From NCBI GenBank assembly GCA_013239625.1, contig MU056050.1, forward strand, positions 4,597,366 to 4,661,365: a stretch of DNA of 64,000 nucleotides. The letters are read 5' to 3'. Origin of the DNA: Lama guanicoe (taxonomy: Eukaryota). Within the stretch, counting starts at the first letter, position 1; every line of letters begins with the position of its first letter. The notes below the pieces were generated by a model that was given only the letters and a program-made list of their open reading frames with translations, did not search any database and was not told the origin of the DNA. The translations under genes and the position numbers were made by a program. Below, in pieces: positions 53,335 to 64,000 of this stretch.

Positions 53335-53526
53335 TAGAGTTGGCAAATAAAATACAGGATCCTAAGTTAAATTTGAATTTCAGGTAAACAATAAATCTTT
53401 TGAAGTGTAAGTATTTCCCCAAAAGCCGCATGGGACATACTTACAATAAGGAAAAAATCCATTGTTTATCTGAAATTTAATTTAACAGAGTTACCTATAT
53501 TTTCATTTGCTTAATCTGGCAGCCAT
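53335..53526. mobile_element. MER53 palindromic MITE (hAT)
   Basis: About 190-bp inverted repeat: aaatacagg...agttaaatttgaatttcaggtaaaca versus tgtttatctgaaatttaatttaac; centre gtaagtatttccc/gggacatacttac. Confidence 0.85.
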
Positions 53527-54005
53527 TGACCAAGTGCAGAAGAGTTTTTGTCTCTAGTCAGTATTCTCTCCAGTCTTCCTTCAACTCTCAGCCCCATGAT
53601 TCTCTTCCTAAAGCATAATTTGGATCACATCAATGCCTTACTGAAAGAGAAACCTCATTTCCTGTAAGATTACTTCTAAATTCCACAGCTTGGCTTATAA
53701 GACCACTAGCAATTAAGTTTTAACATGTCCTTGGAGCCATAACATCAACCCCAGATCCCCAGGCCACTTGTATCTAATACCACACTGGACTTCTCCTTGT
53801 TACTTGAACTCATATACAGTTTGTACATGTGATTTCCTTTGTGTGAAATGACCATTTTCTGCTTCATTAACTAGAAAAATCTTCTATAATTTAAAAGAAG
53901 ATGCAAATATTAAATTTTTTGCATATTAATTCCTTTGAATTCCAGTATTTTTAAATTCCAGTGTTTCCAGGTAGCTGTGTCTTCCGTAATTGCTTCTAAT
54001 GGCTC

Positions 54006-54384
54006 TTTTTTTTTTCTTAATGTTTTTTTGGGGGTGGGGGGAGGTCAGGCTTATTTATGTATTTTCTTTTTTTTCTTTTTTTTTTAATTGAAGTATAGTC
54101 AGTTACAGTGTGTTAATTTCTGGTGCACAGCATAATGTCCCAATCATGCATATATATATATACATATATTCGTTTTATATTCTTTTCATTAAAGTTTATT
54201 AAAAGATAATTGAATATAGTTCCCTGTGCTATCCAGAATAAATTAATTTTTATCTATTTTTATATATAGTGGCTAACATTTGTAAATCTCAAATTATTTA
54301 TTTTTGTTGATGGCAATACTAAGGATTGAACCCAAGACCCCTTGCATACTAGGCAGGCGCTCTACAACTGAGCTATACCACACC
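54006..54384 (-). mobile_element. Camelid tRNA-SINE split by an L1 3'-end insertion (about 54062-54293)
   Basis: SINE tail gggggtgggggga ggtcaggcttatttat on the left, SINE head ggattgaacccaagacc...ctctacaactgagctatacc on the right, L1 3' UTR between them. Confidence 0.85.
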
Positions 54385-56877
54385 ATGCTGCTTTGTTATG
54401 TCAGTTGCCACTCTGTACGGCAGTAATCTGTTTTTTCCCCCTCTCACTTAACCATGAACTATCACAAACAAGTGAGGACAATACTTTATTCATCTCTGCA
54501 TCCCTAATACCTATCAGAGTGCCTGACATACATTAGATACTCAACAAATGTTTGATGAACCCACAAATACCTCCTATCTCTGAATTCTTTGACATCTTAA
54601 ATAGAAACCTACTTTCTACTTTCCTTCCTCTCTGGTTCCTAAGTGGTATGTATGAGTCCTCTTTGAAATTCTAGTTTTCTGTACCCCAAATCACTCCACG
54701 TAACATCTATTAAAGGCCTCAATCCTCATGTGTGTTCACACTGAATTTTGCATATGCAATGATAAGTAGAACTCCATTGAAATAGCTAATTAAAAGCAGG
54801 CTCTTCTCTGAAGTTTCTTTGCAAATGATTTGCTTCCATAGGCATTTATCTAAAAATTGAGCTAAGTGTAATACACTCATGTAATTAAAAAAAAAATTGT
54901 GGAGAAATTCAGAGATCTAGGGAAATTGTTAGCCAGGTTCTGGCTTTTATGGCACTTCTTTAGAAGTGAGAATGTTTGGTTGGTCGTTGAGATACTGTTT
55001 TCCCTCCTCAGATAATATTGAAGAGGGACGACTAAGAGTTAGGAGCACTAATGACACAGCATAGAAGTTCCCCCGGATCAGGTCTCACTGTTTCTTTTTC
55101 ACCCCAACTTTCTGTTAAGACTGCCAGCCTTTGGTAAGTAAGTACAATAACACACCCAGACAAGGATAGGTTTTGTGGGACAGCCTGAACGTGACACAGG
55201 TAGTAAAGTTTGAGTCAGAGTTGGAAGCTCTAAGGTGCAAGCCTAGACCTGGAAGTAAAACACAGAGTGAAGACCTCTGGTGAAGCCCCAGGAAAATGAA
55301 ACAAACTACTTACTTATTAATGGCCATGGGAGAAGAAATCAGTCATTTAGAGACTGAACTGCCAAGAAATTATCAGCCTCCATCAAAGTGTATCAATTTA
55401 ATAATTGATATATGTATCTGTGTATCTTTTCTATTAATTAAAAATATTTCTATAACTATACATTTCACCACTAATACTAGGGAAGTCAAAGGTGTCACAG
55501 CCTTGCTTATTTCAGGTAACCCATAACTTGCTTCCAGCAGAAAATAATATCTCATGAATCTAATCACCGAAGGCATTAGAGTAAGAGTGCACAGGTGTGG
55601 CTGTTACCTGTCTCTTGTAATTTTTTGATGACCATTGTGTCAGCTATATTCAGTGTCTCAATTTACCAGCCGTTTTGCAGTGATATCAAGCACATTAAAT
55701 TATCATCTATTTTCTCCTGATTGATTCAGTAATCTATGAATATTATGAAGGATTTACACTATGGTTGCCATTAGATCTTAAATCTTTCAATACACATGAA
55801 GGTCAATTATATAAAATCTCAAGAAGTCTCAAAATACCGATGTCAATAGCAAGGAGTAATAAAGAACAGATATTTTATGTAAAGAATTTTGAAGTAGACA
55901 GTAAAATAGAAGAAGAAAGAGAATATACACATGAAATAGACCTACAGTCTTTATTAAAAGAACTACAGGGTTTGGAGTGGCCCTAAGTCTGAAAATACAG
56001 ATTCGTATTATTTTATTTTTTTAAAACAGTTGCATCCACTTCATAACTTCTTCTGTGGTAAACAAATGCACAGGTTTTTCAGGGGAAATCAGAGAGACAA
56101 ATCACGCAAGGCAGCGCATCATGAATACATGTGCTAAGATTGATGGAAATGCATTAATTTACAGCATCCATTGCAATTTTGCACAACACATTGACCTAGG
56201 CATTGCTAATGAAGGACATCACATTGACTATATCAATTAATGTCATTTAATTTATCATACATTATAATGTAATATCAATAAGTTATTTATGTATTTTGGC
56301 TATATGTCCAGACTTTATGGTGACTCTGTATACTTCAGTATATAATGTGTTTATTACAAAAAATAAAAATATGGGAGAACAAGGCAAAAGACATTTCCCA
56401 AGACTACCAAATTTTTTCAACCATAGCTTCAATAAATTGTACATTTTCTAGTAGAATTTGTTTACATAAAGAGGTTTGTGACACACTAGTTGGTATGTAT
56501 TAAGTCTTTAAAAGTTGTATCACAATATTTCTTTTCAATTCATTCTGTTTTTGTTACTACTCAAAAGTTTTAAAATAAAACAGAAAATACTGAAATGTAT
56601 TAGAGAGATATAAAATATTTGATCATGATACAGATCAGCATTGTAATAAATTGTTTGCCTGATACACATTCTCCCTCTCTCTGTCTCTCTGTCTTTCCCC
56701 CTTTGTCTTAACAGAAGAATACACTGAGTTTTATCAAAATATCATTATCCACTCCTCAGTTGTACACATTAAATTTTCATGAATTAAATAAAATGAGAAA
56801 AATACCTAAAATAATCATTTTCACACAGCCCACATATACTACATGGGACTCCTTGCCTTGGTTGAATGTGACTTCTT

Positions 56878-57022
56878 TTTTTCAAACTTTTTATTGTTTT
56901 TTGGATTTGGGGGGGAGGGGAGGTAATTAGGTTTATTTATTTATTTAATGGAAGTACTGGAGAGTGAACCCAGGACCTCATGCATGCTGTCTGCACTCTA
57001 CCACTGTGCTGTACCCTCCCCC
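56878..57022 (-). mobile_element. Camelid tRNA-SINE with TSD
   Basis: gaacccaggacctcatgcatgc; TSD tgaatgt(g/a)acttctt at 56863-56877 and 57023-57037. Confidence 0.9.
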
Positions 57023-60000
57023 TGAATGTAACTTCTTAATGTGAGTGGGAACCATTACTAAGAATAAAGAACTGACTTCAATGATACCATTTCATCTTGA
57101 ACCGTGCCTGACAAATTGCCTCCTTCTGTTGAGTGGTAAGAGGATACTGATCATCTCCAAAGCATCTGTCCTCACTTTGACACAGCGTGACACATACACC
57201 TCGGTATGAACTGGGTAAAATACCTGAACTCATGTTCAGCAAACCTTTTAATCTCACTTATAGGACATTCTCGGTCAAAATACATTTATTGAGTCCTAGG
57301 AACTTTGGTGGCTACAAAGACTTTTGAGACATAAGCCTTATTTTTTAGGAGTTTCTACTCTTTTATTAAATACAATGCCAAATTGTTCCATTTCATCTGA
57401 AATTCAGGTTTCTACTCTTGTACTCTCCTGAGATCCATGTTAAAATGCCCCTTAATATATCAAATATGTTTCAATTTTATATCGGTGAGAAAACAAAAGG
57501 ATATGTAAATATCATTATCCATCACTATATGTTCACAAAAAGAATTTGAACACAGATAGTAGCATGACTGATCTGAATGTGTGGACTAGTGGTAACCAAG
57601 TGGAATTGCTGCTCATTGAACTTTCACTAATTTAATATCATACTAAATCAAGTCTATAATGGCCAATTTATTTGACCTTCATTGATTGACCCCGTGTTGC
57701 CATTTCATTTTGAATGTACATGGAAACACACTTGCCTATGGTAAGCCATACTCTTCAGAGATATGTGCAATGATTTCTGTCTGGAATACCTTTGAAACAT
57801 GATCAAATCTAAATCTATGCCAGATTATTTTCCAGTCAAAGGCAGAAAGAGCAGATACATATTTAAATAAGGTGGAATAAAATATTTGTTTCTCTGGAGA
57901 AATACCAAAATAATGTCTTTGCCCAAGCTCTGAACAGGTGTATGCCTTGGACAGAGTCCTTACAAAAATGACATAAAAATTGAGACCTGTAAGCAGCTAA
58001 ACCTTGCATCATCAACAAATGCACAGTATAGCAATTAAATATAGTAGTAGTGACTTCTTCTGATGTGGTTTCTAAGTCTGGTTACATAGTTATCCAAAGG
58101 GTAAGTGAGTCTATTTCCAGTGAATGCTTTACATTTTTTTCTAGGACATAAAAGGGGTAATGGTATTCGTTCATGAAAAAAAAATATACCCATGAGTAAG
58201 GAGCTTTCAATCAATAATTTATCATAACAAAACCTTCAATGCTGCATTTTTTTCCTTTTTTTATCTAATGCAGCCTGTATTTCAATCAGTCAGGGAGAAA
58301 AAAAAATCCAGCTTCCAATTTCCTGGTTCATTTTTCGCTTTCTAATGGCAGGTATAATTATAAAATAGAATGCCACAACTCATTGTTGGTACTGTTTAGA
58401 CAAAAATAAACATTAAAACGAAGGATTAAGAGGCTCTGTTATGGGCATTGTAATTCTCCAAATGAAAACAAAGTCTGTAAAGAAACACCAGTAGGGAAAT
58501 GATCTTAACTAGCAGATGTATGAAGAGTCTCAACCTTCAGTTCTTAAATTATAGCTGCTTCCAGATTAAAGCAACACTCCTGATGGAACAGCGTGCTTTA
58601 TATCCTCTGGCAACATCCTTTTTTATTGCACTGGAAACCAATGTTGAATTTCCTGAATAATTACATAAATAAACCATGCACTTTACTTATTTGTGTGCCC
58701 ATATTTAATGATATATTGTGCATGTAACTCTCAGAAATATGATTTATGACAGTTTATATTACCACAGAGGGGTGTTTACTTGAAATATGTACTTGAAAAA
58801 TATCATATAAAATGATGTTATTTGATATATATCCAGAAATGATCTGATTTTTCAAGAAAATGCAAACTGAAAAACCTAGTACCAATTAAATCATTCTGAA
58901 AGTGTTCTTAATTGAATTCTCAAGTTTAAATGATGTAACAAACTAATGAACATAAACATATAAATTATATTTATTTTATTCTGTGTTACAATACTAGGGA
59001 TCAAAATAGTCCTGTGTGTTGACTGGTGTATTCCCCACTCTTAAAACTTACTTCTGACCTGAAGACAACAAACTCATCAAACTTAAAACTCTTTACCATT
59101 CTTCATTGCAGGCGTGGCAAAAAAAAAAAAAAGATGAATGTTAACTGCAATATTTCTATTGATGCAAAAGAACATACTTGTTTATTTCTGTTTTATTTGA
59201 GGAAAGGCTGCGCTGAAATGTGTCCCTCTGATAAGAAGAGACCAGGTATTGCCAATGCCCAGTGAATAACTGTTTTATACTAACTAAACTGAAAGAATGG
59301 GGGGGGGGGAATCAAAGCACTAATTTGTTCATTTACATTCGTTAATTTATATTTAGAGCATTACGAAATCTGGTCGTAAAGCTCTGACAGCCAATTTCTT
59401 TCTCCTTTACATGACTTGGCTTATCTGTGTTCTGATCCATTCGGTGCTGATTTTGCAGTTTGCCTTTCCAAGGAAACTCTATTTACCTTATCTCCAAGTT
59501 TTTGAATGGCATCACGTTGTAGCCACTTAGTATATAAACAACACCCAATTAGATGCCTTATCAAAAGCATGGATTTATCCAGTGGACGAGGTAGGAGTCA
59601 TTTTAATGCAATGGTTATGCAGTTTGGGACAGCTTTAATCCCATTTTTTTAATAGAGATTCTAATAATTTATACTTAATTTGCCCTACTTCTTTCCCTCC
59701 TGCCTCAGCTGGAGTCTAAGGTCACGATCACATTGGAAGGACGAAGTCAAACTGACGGGAGCAGAGTGGAGGAGCTGAGGCTGCTGTAATTGCTTTTCCT
59801 TCCAAGATTCACATCAAGTGTGTTTCAAAAAAGTTTTTTTAATGAATATTTGGCTCAAAACATATTAATCTAGATTCTATCACCTGTCGACAAATGACTC
59901 CTACCGGGGAAACACAAGAAAAACAAATACAGAATTCAAAACATTACACTGGCTCTCAAGTTGCTTAAACGGTTTCTTTTATAGGGAAGAAAAAATAATT

Positions 60001-61199
60001 TCCTATCTTTTTAAGAAAACCTTTCTTAACATTTCGGTTTGAGCATCCCGGGTAGGTTCCCACAACACTTTAGTACCAGATACAACTGGTTTTAATTACT
60101 AACCTCACTTACTGTAAATTAGAATCGCAATAATCTGCAAATGCTAATTTAAACCCCGACTTGCTTCTGAGCAAGCTGCATGTAATAATGAACAAGCAGC
60201 AGATTATCCTCAGAAGGGCAATATACTGCACCACAAATCACGAGTTGCATTTCCTCCTCTTTTTTTTTTTTTTTGGAGTGCAAAATGTGATTCCAAAAAA
60301 GATGTTATTAAGCTATAACACCTTAGTCATTTTCAAGCTCTAGGCACTTAAAGTCCTGAATTTTAGATTACTTTTTTATATTCTGCCTGTGCCTAGTTTC
60401 CTTACTGTATGTAAAGTTATTAAAGCTGTCTGCTCCAATTTCTTCTCTACTTAGGAAGGTATGACAAAAAGATGAACGAGACTACCTTTAATCTCAAAAG
60501 GCTATACTCAACACAGAAATGAAACAGCAGAAAACATAAAGACAATAAGAGTACTTTTCCAAAGGTACTTTATGTTCATTGAGTGGTCACTAAAAAAGCA
60601 CTAAACTGGAAGTATGTGACAACGTAATAGTCCTGAGGTTTAATTTCCTCTCTAGATAGTTGATACTGTTTTTTTATTATGCTATGTAATTGAAATGCCA
60701 CTTGCCATGTAATGATTTGCTTTACTTGGGGTAGGGGGGTGAAGACATTTGTTTTGTAAACTGCATTAAACAAACAAGCAAAAAACTATATATCCAGGCA
60801 TGAGTGGCAATTAGATTCAGCAATACATTTTCAAAAAGTACCCATGAGGTCTTTCTCAAAACCAAAAGAGAATGTTGGGTATTATGTTCTTCAATTATAA
60901 AGGTTAAAATATAAATGGGCTCAGGGATCTAATGGGATGACCATCTTTCTAGTTGCTTGACATTCTTATAGGGGTGTAGATTTTTATTTATTTGTGTTTT
61001 GTTGCATTCATAATTCCCAGGATTTATATCTATTATTGGATTTTATTAAAATCGCTTCTGAGATTTCTAGACCTAAAAGGATTTGAAGTCACATGGATCT
61101 GAGATCACAAGTTTTCAACCGATGTTGAGATTTTCATTATGCAATTGTGTTTTGTCTCAAGTTCAGTCTTCTATTAATGTCTTCCTCATTCCTCCCTAA

Positions 61200-62100
61200 C
61201 TCATACTCTGCCCATTCACCCAAACTAGAAAATTAGAATCAGATTTGACTCTAAAATTCTTTTTTCCTGCATCTAGTCAATTACCAAGTCCTGTCAAAAA
61301 TAACTGGTCTATTTTTCTCCTTAGCTACTGTGCAGGTGTTGGCTCTCATTGCTTTCCACCTGGATTATTACAAATCCTTCTCACTGGTATTCCTGGCTCT
61401 CCATCTTCCTTTTCCAGTTATTACCGCAATCACCAGAGTGCTTTTTCAAAAATATGGATTGGATAATCTTATTCTTCAGCAGGGGCAGCAAATCAGAGCT
61501 TGCTAGCCAAATCTAACATAAACTCTTTTAATGGCTGTCTATAACCTGTGGGATAAAGTATAGATTTTTTAGCATAACATACAAAATACTTCGTGATCAA
61601 ACCCTTACCTACGGTTGCAGATAATGACTATCTAGTATCCTGAACATCCTTAGATCTCAACATACAAATCATATGCTTCAGCCATATTAAACTTCTATTT
61701 ATGGTACACACACACACCCCCCAAATGGTCTTTCATACTCCCTTGCTGTTCCCATTTGCCTAGAAAAATCCTCTATATTGTTCGAGACTTGGTTAAAAAG
61801 TCATCTCCTTTGGGAAAATTTTTCTTGATTAATCTATGTTCTTAAACCTCTTCTTTAAGTGTATCGCTATGGCACTTTACAAGTAGTAGTATTTATGACA
61901 TTATTATTACTTAGGTTGAGATGAATATTTTTTGTCTTCTGTCCTAACCTTCCCATCAACTGTGAACTTCAGAGAGATGGGAATTCTTTATTCAGTCTGT
62001 AGTCTAAGGAATTAGCATAGGTTCTGGCCTAATGCTGGTACATACTAGAAAGCCAAGTATTTGCCAGATGAAAAATGAAGAAAGGAAAAAACGAATTAAT
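61200..62100 (+). mobile_element. Degraded L2
   Basis: cacctggattattacaaatccttctcactggt; tgctgttcccatttgcctagaa; ttagcataggttctggc 3'-end motifs. Confidence 0.6.
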
Positions 62101-62199
62101 AGAATCAAGAACAAAAATTAAGAGTAAATCTGACCAAATATAGTATAACACTCAGTGTAATCGCATATTATACACATGATCAGAAAACATCTAGAATTG

Positions 62200-63845
62200 T
62201 TTCTTGTCACTAAAAATTATAAACTTTGCAAATAAACAAGCTATCTATTAATATGGTAAAAATATGAAAAGGCAAAAGATCTAGAATAGCGAATGAAATA
62301 CCAAAGGAAAACAAGATGGGAAGATTCACTAATTGATTTCAAGCCTGCCTATGAAGCCACAGTCTTCCAGATACTGTAGTATTGACCAAGAAGTAGAAAC
62401 ATGGGGTTGGTGGTATAGAATAGATATCTCAGAAATAGTTCCAAACAGATATTGTCAACTGACCTTTGATAAAGTAGCAAAGAAAATTCAATGAAGAAAT
62501 TAGTCTTTTCAACAAATGGTGCTGAAACAATTGGAAGTCCATGTACAAAAATAAGAACCTATAAATAGAACTTACAGCTTTCACAAGTATGAAACCAGAA
62601 TGGATCTTAGACACAATGTAAAGTACAAAACTATAAAACTTCTTAACCAAAGAATAGAGGGAAATTGATATGCTCTTCAGTTTGATGATGAGTTTTTACA
62701 TAAAATGCAAAAGCATTATACATGAAAATGATGTTGAATTTTATTAAAATTAAAAACTTCTGCTGTGTGGAAAACATTGTTTAAAAAGTGAAAAGATAAA
62801 GCACAGACTGGGAGAAAATATTTGAAAACACATGTCTGATAAAGGACTTGTATCCAGAATACACACAGAATCCTTAGACCTCAGCAATAAGAACAAACAT
62901 TCCATTTAAAAAATGGACAATAGATCTGAACAGACACGTTACCAAAGAAGATATACAGATGGCAAATAAGCATTGGAAAAAATGCTCAGTATCATTTGCT
63001 ATTAGGAAATTGCAAATTAAAACAATAATGAGATACCAGTATATGCCTATTAAAATGGCTAAAATCCAGTGCAAACTGCTGGCAAGGATGTGGAACAAGA
63101 AATCTCATTCATTGTTGATGGTAAAGTAAACTGGTATAGCCACTTTGGAAGACAGTTTGGCAATTTTCAGATCACTAAACACAGTCTTACCATACATTCC
63201 AACAATCATACTCCTGGGTATTTACCCAGTTGATTTAAAACTTATGTCTACAAAAAACCTTGCATGCAAATGTTTACAGCAGCTTTATTCATGATTGACA
63301 AAAACTGTTAACAACCCAGATGTCCTTCAGTAGGTGAGTGGATAAACAGGCTGTATTCATCCACACATTGGAATATTATTCAGTGATAAAAAGAAATGAG
63401 CTACCAAGCCATGAAAAAAACATGGATAAATCAAATGCATATTGCTAAGTAGAAAAGCTGTTCTTAAAGAGCTACATATTATATGATTCCAATGATATGA
63501 CATTCTGGAAAGGCAAAACTATAGAGATGGTAAAAACATAAGTGATTTCCAGAGGGTTTTTTTTTTGAGGGGGGATGTTATGGAATAGGTAAAGCAGAGG
63601 ATTTTTTTTTAAGGTGATGACACTATTCTTTCTGATGCTGTAATTGTGGCTACCTTACACTATTCATTCGTCAAAAGTCATTGAACTGTTCACAGCCCAA
63701 GGAGCTAAACTGAATTTTTAAAATATCATTTAGGAAGTTGGAGTAAATCCTAGTATGGAGTGCAGAATGTGACAATTCAACTATATTACAAAAGTATGAA
63801 ACAATCTCATTGAAAGGTGTGGGGGAATAAGGTCCTAACCTGAAT
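62200..63845 (+). mobile_element. Old L1 (L1MC-like) ORF2 C-terminus and 3' UTR
   Basis: gtcaactgacctttgataaag, aacaaatggtgctg, aggaaattgcaaattaaaacaataatgagatacc, tgacattctggaaaggcaaaactatagaga. Confidence 0.9.
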
Positions 63846-63849
63846 AACA

Positions 63850-64000
63850 GTTGTTTCCCCTCCTGATCACATGATCACGTGGCTGACTGAGAGCAGCAGG
63901 TCACTGTGCCGCCCAGCATCAAGCGGAGAGTATCCTACTGCATATCATTATCCCAGGAAAAGATCCAAATTTAAAATTTGAAGTACAGTATATACTGAAT
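63850..64000. mobile_element. TcMar-Tigger (MER47-like) relic, truncated by window end
   Basis: gtggctgactg...gcccagcatc...ccaggaaaagatccaaatttaaaatttgaagtac resembles the recalled MER47/Tigger sequence. Confidence 0.6.

Larger units (their letters stand above)
52950..54560 (+). mobile_element. Degraded L2 carrying nested MER53, SINE and L1 insertions
   Basis: ttaaactcaacatattcaaatctgaact; 3' end gtgcctgacatacattagatactcaacaaatgtttgatgaa. Confidence 0.65.

Noticed and set aside
5671..64000. Remaining 60-130 aa ORFs in the track
   Set aside because: Low-complexity, often non-ATG starts, many inside repeats, with no splice-consistent chain or recognisable domain.

Overview
Mammalian, AT-rich, repeat-dense genomic DNA, most likely from a camelid: it carries four copies of a tRNA-Ala-derived SINE of the camelid vic-1 type. 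The only recognisable gene is the two-exon PRR32 (CXorf64, proline-rich protein 32; X-linked in human) at about 3.8-5.7 kb on the + strand. The ORF track misses its 20-nt first coding exon (MACIENV). The spliced frame contains an in-frame TGA at codon 48 (4773-4775), where I recall Trp in the human protein, and is otherwise open for 296 codons. This candidate lineage-specific gene loss, null allele or base error is the most notable observation. The other ~58 kb is gene desert: L1, L2, MIR, ERV/MaLR LTRs, DNA-transposon fossils, several datable nested insertions, a probably false assembly gap and some repeat-poor candidate conserved elements. I found no evidence for a novel multi-gene system. 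Repeat family names and orthologue comparisons come from recall, not database searches, and old-repeat boundaries are approximate.
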